Source: Bacilli bacterium (GTDB lineage Bacteria; Bacillota_I; Bacilli_A; RFN20; CAG-826). Taken from it: a DNA stretch of 63,436 nt. The translations under genes and the position numbers were made by a program. Positions 9,355-19,499 of the stretch are shown one piece after another; within the stretch, counting starts at the first letter, position 1, and each line of letters opens with the position of its first letter. Location: NCBI GenBank assembly GCA_045601325.1, contig JAZRZI010000038.1:1-63436 (forward strand), read 5' to 3'. A model generated the notes under the pieces. It searched no databases, was not told the origin of the DNA, and saw only the letters and a list, made by a program, of their open reading frames with translations.

Positions 9355-9552
9355 TTAGTTACACAGTCCAGCGCTTTGGTTGTCGAATTCTTCAATGCAA
9401 TCTTCACAAATTAGCTTTTCATACACATCACCTAGGAATCTCTCATCTTCAAATCAATTAATGATTAAGTGGGATAGTATGTCACATTCTATATATGTGT
9501 GACCGTCGATGAGTTTTTGTTTTTTAGCTTCAATATAAAAACGCGGCGTTGC
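9355..9552 (-). pseudogene. relic ORF (no start codon, one in-frame TGA)
   Basis: Minus-strand frame reads ATPRFYIEAKKQKLIDGHTYIECDILSHLIIN-TGA-FEDERFLGDVYEKLICEDCIEEFDNQSAGLCN-TAA. The TGA is at 9454..9456. There is no ATG/GTG/TTG at the 5' end. Confidence 0.3.
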
Positions 9553-9570
9553 TTATGCTGTGAAATTATA

Positions 9571-10854
9571 TCAATCTAGATAATCTTCAAAACTTGCTAT
9601 TTTAATACAAAGGCCAAGAACTTTAGAAGCTAGTTTTAACTCTTCAGTAGAAGGGAAACTAGGTGCAATTCTTAAATTAGAGTCATTAGGATCTTTATGA
9701 TAAGGATACGCTGCTCCAATAGGCGTTAATATGACACCCAAGTCTTTACAAAGGTTATATACCCTGGTTGCACATCCTTTTAACGTGTATAAAGAAATGA
9801 AATATCCACCCCTAGGTTTAGTGAATTTTACTATATCCAAATCTTTCAATTCTTCATCTAAGATATTTTCAACAATTTCAAATTTAGGCCTTAATATCTC
9901 CGCATGTTTTTTCATTTGAGCTTTAATACCATCAAGATCTTTAAAGAACCTTACATGACGTAGTTGGTTAACTTTATCATAGCCAATAGTTTGAATTGTC
10001 ATATTATCTAAGATATCTTTTTTATTGCTTTCGCTTGTTGCTAAAGCAGCGATACCACTACCAGGGAATGATATCTTACTAGTGGATGTAAATTTATATA
10101 CTATATCAGGATTACCTGCTAGATTACATTCGTGTAAGATTTCAAGAATTGTGTCTATATTATCTTCATAAAGGTGGTGAACGCTATAAGCATTATCCCA
10201 ATAAATTCTGAAATCTTTAGCTTTTGGCTGGAGTTTTGCGAATCTTTTAACAACCTCATCGCTATAAGATATTCCGTCAGGGTTAGAGTATTTAGGTACA
10301 CACCATATACCTTTAATAGATTCATCTTTGCTAACAAATTCTTCAATTAAGTCCATATCTGGGCCGCTAGAAGTTAGTGGTATGTTAATCATTTCGATTC
10401 CGAAATATTCACAGATAGCAAAATGTCTATCATATCCTGGAACAGGACATAACCATTTAATCTTATCCAATTTACACCAAGGGGTATTTCCACACACACC
10501 TTTGATATATGCATGAGCGAAACAGTCATACATTACTCTTAAAGAAGAATTACCAAAGACAATTATGTTTTTTGCATCAACCTCAATAAGGGAACCTAAT
10601 AGTCTTTTGCACTCCTCAATACCATCAAGCACTCCATAGTTACGACAATCTATACCGTCCTCACATTTAAGTTCAGAAGATGAAGAAAGAACATCCATCA
10701 TTCCCATAGATAAATCTAGTTGTTCTTTACAAGGTTTACCTCTAGTCATGTTAATAGAAAGATTTAAAGTTTTGTAATCTTGGTATTCTTTGTATAAAGA
10801 ATTAAGAATGCTTCTAATCTCTTCTCTGGAATATTGTTTGATAGATTTACCCAT
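9571..10854 (-). CDS. class I/II PLP-dependent aminotransferase (aspartate-aminotransferase-like, ~430-aa subgroup)
   Basis: ORF track 9571..10866 starts at GTG. The ATG at 10852-10854 lies 5 nt after the gdhA stop, with GGAG upstream. PLP-lysine context FTSTSKISFPGSG; N-terminal NMTRGKPCKEQLDLS. Substrate assignment is an inference. Confidence 0.8.
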   Translation of the reverse strand: MGKSIKQYSREEIRSILNSLYKEYQDYKTLNLSINMTRGKPCKEQLDLSMGMMDVLSSSSELKCEDGIDCRNYGVLDGIEECKRLLGSLIEVDAKNIIVFGNSSLRVMYDCFAHAYIKGVCGNTPWCKLDKIKWLCPVPGYDRHFAICEYFGIEMINIPLTSSGPDMDLIEEFVSKDESIKGIWCVPKYSNPDGISYSDEVVKRFAKLQPKAKDFRIYWDNAYSVHHLYEDNIDTILEILHECNLAGNPDIVYKFTSTSKISFPGSGIAALATSESNKKDILDNMTIQTIGYDKVNQLRHVRFFKDLDGIKAQMKKHAEILRPKFEIVENILDEELKDLDIVKFTKPRGGYFISLYTLKGCATRVYNLCKDLGVILTPIGAAYPYHKDPNDSNLRIAPSFPSTEELKLASKVLGLCIKIASFEDYLD

Positions 10855-10859
10855 ATTAA

Positions 10860-12206
10860 TTAGCACACTCCTTGAGCTAGCATGGCTTCAAATATTTTCA
10901 AAAATCCAGCAACATTTGCACCTAATGCTAAATTAGTAGGTTCACCACACTCTTTAGCGGTTTCATAACACTTTTTAAATATGTTAAGCATAATGTCTTT
11001 AAGTTTATTATCAACTTCCTTAAATGTCCAAGATATGTGCATTGCGTTTTGACTCATTTCAAGTCCAGATACCGCCACTCCACCTGCGTTACTAGCTTTA
11101 CCCGGAGCGAATAAGATATCATTATCTTTAAAGAATCTAATTGATTCTAAATTTGTTGGCATGTTCGCTCCTTCTACTACCATAAAGCAACCGTTATCTT
11201 TAAGCGCTTTTGCGCTTTGAATATCAATTTCTCCTTGCGTCGCACATGGAAGCGCGATATCACAAGGTGTATTCCATAAATCACTAGAGTTAGAAGAATG
11301 TGTAACTTCTGGGTGGTTATTAACATATTGATTAATAACTCCTCTTCCTTTCTTAGCTATAGAAACGATTTCATCAGCATCTAAACCACTAGAATCTTTA
11401 ATACATCCAGTGCTATCGCTAACGCCAACAACAACCGCACCTAGTTCGTGAGCTTTTTTAATAGCAAAGCTGCCAACTTTACCGCAGCCAGAAATTAATA
11501 CTCTTTTGCCTTTAATATCTTCGTTTTTAAACGTTTTTAACATTTCACATGTGAAATATAATAAACCATAACCCGTGGCTTCTGGTCTTCCTAACGAACC
11601 TCCAAAAGAAGGATGTTTACCAGTAAAAACACCATTCCATGAGTTAGTTATTTTTTTATATTCGCCAAACATATAACCAATTTCTCTGGCGCCAAAACCC
11701 AAGTCTCCAGCAGGAACATCGGTATCTGGTCCTATGTATTTATATAGTTCATTCATCATTGATTGGCAGAATCTCATAACTTCGCCATCGCTTTTACCGT
11801 GTGGATCAAAGTCACTACCACCTTTAGCGCCGCCCATAGGCAAGCCAGTTAATGAATTTTTAAACGCCTGTTCAAATCCTAAAAACTTAAGAATAGATAA
11901 GTTAACGGATTTATCGAATCTCATCCCACCTTTATAAGGACCAATCGCACTATTGAATTGAACTCTATAACCGGTATTGACTCTTATTTTGCCTTGATCA
12001 TCAACCCAAGGCACTCTAAATGCAATGACTCTTTCAGGTTCAACAAGCCTTTCTAAAATCGCGTTAGCTTCAATACGAGGATCTTTATCAACTATGTAAT
12101 CCATTGAATCAAAAAATTCTTCAACGGCTTGAATAAATTCTTTTTCGTTGAAATGCTTGATTTTAACTTCTTCTAACACTCTATTTAGGTATTCGCTTTT
12201 ATACAT
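10860..12206 (-). CDS. gdhA: NADP-specific glutamate dehydrogenase
   Basis: 448 aa. Catalytic motif LPMGGAKGGSDFDPHGKSDGEVMRFC; dinucleotide fold ISGCGKVGSFA. GGAGG lies 8 nt upstream of the ATG. Confidence 0.95.
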   Translation of the reverse strand: MYKSEYLNRVLEEVKIKHFNEKEFIQAVEEFFDSMDYIVDKDPRIEANAILERLVEPERVIAFRVPWVDDQGKIRVNTGYRVQFNSAIGPYKGGMRFDKSVNLSILKFLGFEQAFKNSLTGLPMGGAKGGSDFDPHGKSDGEVMRFCQSMMNELYKYIGPDTDVPAGDLGFGAREIGYMFGEYKKITNSWNGVFTGKHPSFGGSLGRPEATGYGLLYFTCEMLKTFKNEDIKGKRVLISGCGKVGSFAIKKAHELGAVVVGVSDSTGCIKDSSGLDADEIVSIAKKGRGVINQYVNNHPEVTHSSNSSDLWNTPCDIALPCATQGEIDIQSAKALKDNGCFMVVEGANMPTNLESIRFFKDNDILFAPGKASNAGGVAVSGLEMSQNAMHISWTFKEVDNKLKDIMLNIFKKCYETAKECGEPTNLALGANVAGFLKIFEAMLAQGVC

Positions 12207-12220
12207 AACGACAGGCCTCC

Positions 12221-13315
12221 TTATTTATCTTGTACAACACTTTCGCAATAAATGCACTTATATGTTTTGGTTTTTTTATCCACTAAAGTAAATTTATGAA
12301 CATGCCCTTGTTCATATTGAGATATACATCGAGGATTATTACATTTTAAATCTTTTCTTATGGTTTTTTCATCCCATAACGGCTCTTTTTTTGGGTTTTC
12401 TTTTGCTAATTCTAATAATTTTAGTATAAGCGCCATACGAATGTATTTACCGTTTTCCACTTGTTTGAAATAACACGCTCTAGGATCATCATCTACTTGA
12501 ACACTAATTTCATTCACTCTTGGTAAAGGGTGAAGCACAATCATATCCTTCTTTGCTTTGGACATCTTTATGACATCCAAAACATAACTATCTTTTAGTC
12601 TTTCGTATTCTTCTTTGTCAAAGAATCTTTCTCTTTGAATACGAGTCATATATAGAACATCCAACTCATCAATATTGTCTTCTAAAGAAGTCACTTCCTT
12701 AAACTCCATGTGATTAGGGGCAATCAAACCCTGTTTGATGTATTCTGGAATCATGAGTTCTTTAGGAGATATAAGTATTAGTTTAATGTTTTTATATCTT
12801 GATAAGGCGCTTATTAATGAATGAACGGTACGACCATATTTTAAATCTCCACATAGTCCAATTGTTAGGTTATCAAAAGTACCTTTTTCTCTATAAATTG
12901 TGAATAGGTCAGTTAATGTTTGAGTAGGATGACAGTGCATACCATCTCCAGCATTGATAACTGGGATATCCGAAGAAGAAGCACCCACTAATGCCGCTCC
13001 ATCATTAGGATGACGCATAGCGACAATATCAGCAAATTTAGATACGACTTTAAGTGTGTCTCCTACGCTTTCACCTTTGCTAACTGACGAGCTACTGGCT
13101 TCGGAAAACCCTAATACATTGCCGCCTAATTCCATCATTGCAGCAGTAAAAGATAGCCTAGTTCTTGTAGAAGGTTCAAAGAATAAGGTAGCAAGCTTTT
13201 TGCCTTTACAAACTTCACTATATTTGACTGGATTAGAGATTATATCTAAAGCAATTTGGATTAATTCATCTAATTCTTCTAATGATAAATCTTTGATATC
13301 AATGAGGTTTTTCAT
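12221..13315 (-). CDS. pyrB: aspartate carbamoyltransferase catalytic chain with C-terminal PyrI-type zinc domain
   Basis: STRTR (carbamoyl-P site), HPTQ and HPLPR motifs are present. The canonical PyrB ends near aa 300-305 ([10 protein letters not shown]). It is followed by [37 protein letters not shown], giving C-x4-C-x23-C-x2-C. The ATG overlaps the pyrE TAA (TAATG). Confidence 0.92.
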   Translation of the reverse strand: MKNLIDIKDLSLEELDELIQIALDIISNPVKYSEVCKGKKLATLFFEPSTRTRLSFTAAMMELGGNVLGFSEASSSSVSKGESVGDTLKVVSKFADIVAMRHPNDGAALVGASSSDIPVINAGDGMHCHPTQTLTDLFTIYREKGTFDNLTIGLCGDLKYGRTVHSLISALSRYKNIKLILISPKELMIPEYIKQGLIAPNHMEFKEVTSLEDNIDELDVLYMTRIQRERFFDKEEYERLKDSYVLDVIKMSKAKKDMIVLHPLPRVNEISVQVDDDPRACYFKQVENGKYIRMALILKLLELAKENPKKEPLWDEKTIRKDLKCNNPRCISQYEQGHVHKFTLVDKKTKTYKCIYCESVVQDK

Positions 13316-13959
13316 TATTTAATCCAACTTTCATCACTTGGGTTATTTCTAAATGCGATGAGTTTCTCAACATCGCTTGGTTTAATGTAACTTTCTTCTG
13401 CTGCTACACGAGCAATAACATCGAAGTTAGTTAAAGAGATGTTTTTAACATTAGCTTTTTCAAGTCTATCTAAACCTTTTTGCATTCCATATGTGAAGAT
13501 AGATACAATACCTAATACTTCCGCACCAGCTTCTCTTAATGCTTCAACAACTTCAATACAAGAACCGCCGGTGGAAATTAAATCTTCAACCACGACAACC
13601 TTTTGACCTTTTTCTAATTTGCCTTCAATTTGGTTGCCTCTACCATGATCCTTTGCACCGCTTCTCACATAACCCATAGGCAATCCTAAGATGTGTCCTG
13701 CAATAGCAGCGTGAGCAATGCCTGCTGTAGAAGTGCCCATGAGTACTTCAACTTCTGGATAATAGGTTTTAATAACTTCTGCAATTGAGTTTTCAATATC
13801 ATTTCTCACTTCGGGGGCAGTTAAAGTTAATCTATTATCGCAATAGACAGGACTTTTAATACCGCTTGCCCATGTGAATGGTTCGTTAGGACGAAAGAAT
13901 ACCGCCTTAATAAAAAGTAAGTCTTTTGCTATTTTTTCTTCAATTAATTTCTTATCCAT
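13315..13959 (-). CDS. pyrE: orotate phosphoribosyltransferase
   Basis: PRPP-binding loop [14 protein letters not shown]. The ORF track begins at 13998, but the ATG at 13957-13959 has GGAG 9 nt upstream and lies 14 nt after the pyrF stop. Confidence 0.92.
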   Translation of the reverse strand: MDKKLIEEKIAKDLLFIKAVFFRPNEPFTWASGIKSPVYCDNRLTLTAPEVRNDIENSIAEVIKTYYPEVEVLMGTSTAGIAHAAIAGHILGLPMGYVRSGAKDHGRGNQIEGKLEKGQKVVVVEDLISTGGSCIEVVEALREAGAEVLGIVSIFTYGMQKGLDRLEKANVKNISLTNFDVIARVAAEESYIKPSDVEKLIAFRNNPSDESWIK

Positions 13960-13973
13960 ATTATCAATCTCCA

Positions 13974-14672
13974 TTAATCTAAAAATTCTTTTAAACATCT
14001 ACTATATGCTTCTAATGGGTCACTAGCTTGTGTAATTGGTCTACCCACAACTATATAGTCACTTCCAATTTCCTTTGCTTGAGCAGGTGTCATAACTCTT
14101 TTTTGATCACCAACTTCTCCATCCGCAAATCTAACTCCAGGAGTGACTGTAAGAAAATGCTTTCCACATAGTTCGTGAACTTTATTAGCCTCAAGAGGCG
14201 AACAAACAACACCATCTAAACCACATTCGCTTGCGTTTTTTGCATAATGCATAACAACTTTATCAATTGGTTCTTTAATCAATAAATCATTTTCCATACT
14301 TTCTTGGTCAGTTGAAGTGAGCTGTGTAACTGCGATAAGTAAAGGTCTTGAACCATCCTCTCTGGTCAAACCTTCTAACGCCGCTAGCATCATTCTTTTT
14401 GTGCCTGATGCATGTAAATTAGTCATATCAACATCAAGATTTCTAAGCACCGCCATTGATTTTTTAACCGTATTAGGAATGTCGTGTAACTTTAAATCTA
14501 AAAAGATTTTGTGCCCTCTAGCTTTAATCTCTCTTACTATATCTGGTCCAGCAGAATAAAAGAGTTCCATACCAATTTTGACAAACGGTTTTCTTTCTTT
14601 AAATTGATCTAAAAACGCTAAAGTTTTCTCTTTAGAGTCAAAATCACATGCAATAATCACGTCTTTTCCCAT
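13974..14672 (-). CDS. pyrF: orotidine 5'-phosphate decarboxylase
   Basis: 232 aa with [13 protein letters not shown] and VKIGMELF motifs. Shares one base with the pyrD end. Confidence 0.95.
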   Translation of the reverse strand: MGKDVIIACDFDSKEKTLAFLDQFKERKPFVKIGMELFYSAGPDIVREIKARGHKIFLDLKLHDIPNTVKKSMAVLRNLDVDMTNLHASGTKRMMLAALEGLTREDGSRPLLIAVTQLTSTDQESMENDLLIKEPIDKVVMHYAKNASECGLDGVVCSPLEANKVHELCGKHFLTVTPGVRFADGEVGDQKRVMTPAQAKEIGSDYIVVGRPITQASDPLEAYSRCLKEFLD

Positions 14673-15583
14673 TATTTACATCCTCCTACGATATCTTTTA
14701 AGGAATTAATTTTATATTTATCCATTACGCTTGGTAATGAATCAATAATCTTTTTACACGCGAATGGATCTACTAAATTAGCCGCTCCAACTTCAACTGC
14801 GGTTGCACCAGCAAGCATCATCTCGATGACATCTTCTGCTTTAGAAACTCCACCCATACCTATGACAGGAATATTTACTGCATGGCTAACTTGATACACC
14901 ATTCTTAAAGCAATTGGGAAAATCCCTTCTCCGGAATATCCACCCATAGTGTTAGCTAGAACTGGCTTTTTAGTTTTAAGATCTATTCTCATGCCCAACA
15001 CTGTATTGATAAGCGAGATTGCATCTGCGCCTGCTTCTTCCACTGCTTTAGCTATACTAACTATATCAGTAACATTAGGTGACAATTTAATAATAATTGG
15101 TTTTTTACAAACAGCCTTAACTGCTTTTGTCACTTTAGCGGCGTTCTCACTAGAGGTTCCAAAAGCCATTCCACCACCATGAACATTTGGGCAAGAAATA
15201 TTAACTTCAATCCAGCCAATTTGTTCAATTTTATCTAGTTTAGAACAAGTGTATACAAAGTCATCAACACTAAAACCAGAGACATTTGCCATTACTTTTT
15301 TATTAAATACTTTAAATAATTTAGGGAGTTCTTCTTCTATTACTTTATCTACGCCAGGATTTTGTAAACCAACAGAATTAAGCATGCCGGCTTTGCACTC
15401 TGCAATTCTTGGAGTTGGATTACCGTATCTAGGTTCTTTTGTTGTTCCTTTAAAAGAGAGTGATCCTAAACAATTAATATCGTAGATATCTGCGAACTCA
15501 TAACCAAAACCAAAGGTTCCAGAAGCAGGAATAATAGGGTTATCTAATTCGATACCACATAAGCTAACTTTTGTATCTACCAT
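14672..15583 (-). CDS. pyrD: dihydroorotate dehydrogenase B, catalytic subunit
   Basis: 303 aa. Class-1 active-site Cys in [16 protein letters not shown]-binding GMGGV. Paired with pyrK immediately upstream. Confidence 0.93.
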   Translation of the reverse strand: MVDTKVSLCGIELDNPIIPASGTFGFGYEFADIYDINCLGSLSFKGTTKEPRYGNPTPRIAECKAGMLNSVGLQNPGVDKVIEEELPKLFKVFNKKVMANVSGFSVDDFVYTCSKLDKIEQIGWIEVNISCPNVHGGGMAFGTSSENAAKVTKAVKAVCKKPIIIKLSPNVTDIVSIAKAVEEAGADAISLINTVLGMRIDLKTKKPVLANTMGGYSGEGIFPIALRMVYQVSHAVNIPVIGMGGVSKAEDVIEMMLAGATAVEVGAANLVDPFACKKIIDSLPSVMDKYKINSLKDIVGGCK

Positions 15584-16353
15584 AATATTTCCTCCTTCTC
15601 AAACACTGGACCATCTTTACAAATACGCTTATTTCCAAAGTTTGTTTTGCAAGTGCAACCCATGCAAGCTCCAAAGCCACAACCCATTCTTTCTTCAAAT
15701 GAATATTGACCACTTGTAGTGCTGTTTTTATAAACAGCTTTTAACATTGGTAATGGGCCACATGCATATGTATATGTGTAGTTAAATTTACCAAAAGCAT
15801 CAGTGACAAAACCTTTGATACCATAGCTACCATCAACGGTTGTGACAACAACATCACAACCCAAGGCTTTAAATTCTTCTTCAAAGAAGATTTCCTCTTT
15901 GTTATTAAAACCCAAGATAACGTTAACGTGTTTGCCTTCTTTGATTAGTTTTTTAGCTAATAGATATAGAGGCGGAACACCTACTCCTCCACCAATTAAT
16001 AGAGGACTGTTTTGTGATTTAGATAGGTCATATCCGTTTCCTAAATCAACAAGGATATCTAATTCCCCATCTTTTAACGTAGAAAGAAGTTCGGTTCCTT
16101 CTCCTACCACTTTGTAGATAATGGTGAGACTATTTTCATTAACATCATTAACTGATATTGGCCTTCTTAAATATAAGTTAGGCAGTTTAATGTTAACAAA
16201 ACTACCTGGTCTATCTAACCCAAATACATTACCCAAAAGCACCATCTTGTAAACATTAGATGTTAGGGGTTTGTTTTCAATAATCTTAAATAATTCTTGT
16301 CTCATGCTATTCATCAATCGTGGAAATCTTAAGTGTTGTCTCTTCCAAGACAT
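15577..16353 (-). CDS. pyrK: dihydroorotate dehydrogenase B, electron-transfer (FAD/2Fe-2S) subunit
   Basis: RPISV and GGGVGVPPL ferredoxin-reductase motifs. C-terminal cluster MGCGFGACMGCTC...ICKDGP. The true start is more likely the ATG at 16312-16314 or 16303-16305 (1 nt after the carB TAG) than 16353. Confidence 0.9.
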   Translation of the reverse strand: MSWKRQHLRFPRLMNSMRQELFKIIENKPLTSNVYKMVLLGNVFGLDRPGSFVNIKLPNLYLRRPISVNDVNENSLTIIYKVVGEGTELLSTLKDGELDILVDLGNGYDLSKSQNSPLLIGGGVGVPPLYLLAKKLIKEGKHVNVILGFNNKEEIFFEEEFKALGCDVVVTTVDGSYGIKGFVTDAFGKFNYTYTYACGPLPMLKAVYKNSTTSGQYSFEERMGCGFGACMGCTCKTNFGNKRICKDGPVFEKEEILW

Positions 16354-19300
16354 CCAATAGCACTCTTACAGTGTCTAAAGATGTGAACATGGTTGTGTTG
16401 TTTTCAATCGCTGCTTTTCTAATTAAATAACCATCTTTTTGTTCACCAACACTAGATGGATCTTGGGTGTTAATAACATAGGCAATATAGCCTTGACGGA
16501 TGTTATTAATAATTTCATTAGAACCGCTGTTAATTTTTTCAACAACATGAGTTCTAATACCATTTTCTTTTAAGAACAAAGCAGTACCTTCGGTAGCTTG
16601 GATATTAAATCCCAAATCATAGAACCTTCTAATTAATGGAAGAGCGACTTCTTTGTCTGCATCCGCGATAGTAGCAAATATCGTTCCATAGTTTTGCATT
16701 TTAATGCCAGAAGCTTGTAATGCTTTGTATAAAGCACGATTGAGCTTATCATCATAGCCAATAGCTTCACCTGTTGATTTCATTTCAGGAGACAAATAAG
16801 CATCTAATCCCATAATCTTATTAAATGAGAATACAGGAACCTTACAATACCAACGTTTCTTTTCTTCTGGATATAAATCAAAGATACCTAATTCTTTTAA
16901 TGATTTGCCTAAGATGACTTCTGTTGCAATATCAGCGAGAGAATATCCGGTAGATTTAGATAAAAATGGAACAGTTCTACTACTTCTAGGGTTAACTTCG
17001 ATGATGTAAACTTTTTCATTAGGATCAACAATAAATTGAATGTTGAATAAACCAACGATTCCGATGCCTAAACCTAACTTTTTCGCATATTGAAGAATGA
17101 TTCCCTTAACTTTGTTAGAAATAGAGAAAGTTGGATAAACAGATATGGAATCGCCAGAATGAATACCTGTCTTTTCGACAAGTTCCATAATACCCGGCAC
17201 AAAGACATTTCTTCCATCACATATCGCATCAACTTCAACTTCTTTACCAGAGATATATTTATCTACAAGTACTGGTTTGTCTTCATCTATTTCCACAGCA
17301 GTCTTTAAATACTGTTTTAATTGCTTTTCATTAGAGACAATTTGCATTGCTCTACCACCCAAAACAAAGCTTGGTCTCACTAAAACCGGATAACCAATTT
17401 CTTTAGCGGCTTTTACACCGTCTTCGATTTTAGTAACCGCACATCCTTGTGGTTCAGGAATATCTAATTCTTTCAATAATTTTTCAAATAAGTTACGGTC
17501 TTCTGCCTTGTCTATAGCCTCACAATCAGTACCAATAATCTTTACTCCTCTTTTCATAAGTGGAGTGGCTAAATTAATAGCGGTTTGTCCACCCAAAGAT
17601 GCAATTACACCTATTGGTTTTTCTAAATCAACAATTGCCATAACATCTTCAGGTGTTAAAGGTTCGAAATATAACTTATCTGCCGTTGTATAGTCGGTAG
17701 AAACCGTTTCTGGATTGTTGTTAATAATGATAGCTTCATATCCTGCACGCTTAATCGTTTGCACAGCGTGAACGGTTGAGTAATCAAATTCCACGCCTTG
17801 ACCAATTCTAATTGGGCCAGCACCCAAAACAATGATTTTCTTCTTGTTAGTGATTCTGGATTCGTTAACAAATTTATCGTTAACTAGGTTTTGATAAGTG
17901 GAATATAAATAGGCAATGTATTTGCCTGTGTGAAGGGTGTCCACCATTTTATAAACCGGTTTAACACCATTTTCTTTTCTAAAGTTATAAATATCAATTT
18001 CGTGAGAATTCCATAATTTTGCAATAAATTTATCTGAAAAACCCATGGTTTTTGCTTTTTTAAGTTCTTCTAAATCAAATGGCTTTCCTTTTAAACAGTT
18101 TTCTTCATCTACAATGTTTTTAATAGCTTTTAAGAATATGTCTGTAATCATTGTGATTTCATGAAGCTCATCTAGTGAAACGCCTCTTCTAATAAGTTCG
18201 GTGACAGCAAAAATACCATCATCTTTAAACTTAAGGATGTATTCTTTTAACTCTTCAGTTGTATATGTATCAAATAACTTTTTGTGCAGGTGACATACAC
18301 CAACTTCTAACGAGCGAGTAGACTTAAGCATACATTCTTCTAATGTAGCACCAATACCCATGACTTCACCGGTAGCTTTCATTTGTGTGCTTAAAGTATT
18401 ATTAGCGGTTGAAAATTTATCAAATGGGAATCTTGGGAACTTCGCAATGACATAGTCTAATGTTGGTTCAATCGCTGCTGTTCCACCCGCAACCGGTATT
18501 TCTTCTAACGACATACCCACAGCAATTTTGGCGGTAACTCTAGCAATTGGATAACCACTAGCTTTGCTAGCGAGCGCACTAGAACGAGATACACGAGGAT
18601 TTACTTCGATTAAATAGTATTCACTTGTATTTGGATTTAACGCGAATTGAACATTACATCCACCACAAATTTTTAATTCTTTAATTAACTTGATAGCAGA
18701 ATCGTTAAGCATTCTTAAATCGTGGTCGTTTAAAGACATGATTGGTGCAACAACAATACTATCGCCAGTATGAACACCTACTGGGTCAACATTCTCCATA
18801 CCACATATCGTGATAGCGTGGTCGTTAGCGTCACGCATAACTTCAAATTCAATTTCTTTATAACCCTTAACACTCTTTTCAACCAACACTTGATGAACAG
18901 GTGATAAGTTAAATGCTTGTAAACCAATTTCAATTAATTCTTCTTCGTTATTTGCGAAACCACCACCAGTACCACCTAATGTAAATGCTGGTCTTAATAC
19001 CACTGGATAACCTATCTCAAGAGCAGCTTTTTTAGCTTCTTCTAATGAATATGTAATTTTACTAGGAATAACCGGTTCGCCAATTGATTCGCACATTTTT
19101 TTGAATAATTCTCGATCTTCTGCCCTTTCGATAGAATTGCTTGATGTACCAAGAAGCTCAACTTCACATTCTTTAAGAACGCCTTTCTTTTCTAATTGAA
19201 TGGCGAGATTAAGACCCGTTTGACCACCAATACCAGGAAGAATAGCATCTGGTCTTTCTTTTCTTAATATTTTTGCGACATACTCTAGTGTTAATGGTTC

Positions 19301-19498
19301 CATATAAACCTTATTAGCGATGGTTGTGTCAGTCATAATTGTTGCAGGGTTAGAATTAACTAATATAACTTCATACCCTTCTTCTCTTAACGCTAAACAA
19401 GCTTGTGTTCCTGCGTAATCAAATTCTGCTGCTTGGCCAATAACGATAGGTCCAGAACCTATGATAAGTATCTTTTTAATGTCTTTTCTTTTCGCCAT
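16307..19498 (-). CDS. carB: carbamoyl-phosphate synthase large subunit
   Basis: 1063 aa. Duplicated ATP-grasp halves start with GSGPIVIGQAAEFDYAGTQA and GAGPIRIGQGVEFDYSTVHA. C-terminal MGS-like domain. Starts 1 nt after the pyrC TAA. Confidence 0.97.
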   Translation of the reverse strand: MAKRKDIKKILIIGSGPIVIGQAAEFDYAGTQACLALREEGYEVILVNSNPATIMTDTTIANKVYMEPLTLEYVAKILRKERPDAILPGIGGQTGLNLAIQLEKKGVLKECEVELLGTSSNSIERAEDRELFKKMCESIGEPVIPSKITYSLEEAKKAALEIGYPVVLRPAFTLGGTGGGFANNEEELIEIGLQAFNLSPVHQVLVEKSVKGYKEIEFEVMRDANDHAITICGMENVDPVGVHTGDSIVVAPIMSLNDHDLRMLNDSAIKLIKELKICGGCNVQFALNPNTSEYYLIEVNPRVSRSSALASKASGYPIARVTAKIAVGMSLEEIPVAGGTAAIEPTLDYVIAKFPRFPFDKFSTANNTLSTQMKATGEVMGIGATLEECMLKSTRSLEVGVCHLHKKLFDTYTTEELKEYILKFKDDGIFAVTELIRRGVSLDELHEITMITDIFLKAIKNIVDEENCLKGKPFDLEELKKAKTMGFSDKFIAKLWNSHEIDIYNFRKENGVKPVYKMVDTLHTGKYIAYLYSTYQNLVNDKFVNESRITNKKKIIVLGAGPIRIGQGVEFDYSTVHAVQTIKRAGYEAIIINNNPETVSTDYTTADKLYFEPLTPEDVMAIVDLEKPIGVIASLGGQTAINLATPLMKRGVKIIGTDCEAIDKAEDRNLFEKLLKELDIPEPQGCAVTKIEDGVKAAKEIGYPVLVRPSFVLGGRAMQIVSNEKQLKQYLKTAVEIDEDKPVLVDKYISGKEVEVDAICDGRNVFVPGIMELVEKTGIHSGDSISVYPTFSISNKVKGIILQYAKKLGLGIGIVGLFNIQFIVDPNEKVYIIEVNPRSSRTVPFLSKSTGYSLADIATEVILGKSLKELGIFDLYPEEKKRWYCKVPVFSFNKIMGLDAYLSPEMKSTGEAIGYDDKLNRALYKALQASGIKMQNYGTIFATIADADKEVALPLIRRFYDLGFNIQATEGTALFLKENGIRTHVVEKINSGSNEIINNIRQGYIAYVINTQDPSSVGEQKDGYLIRKAAIENNTTMFTSLDTVRVLLDVLEETTLKISTIDE

Positions 19499-19499
19499 A

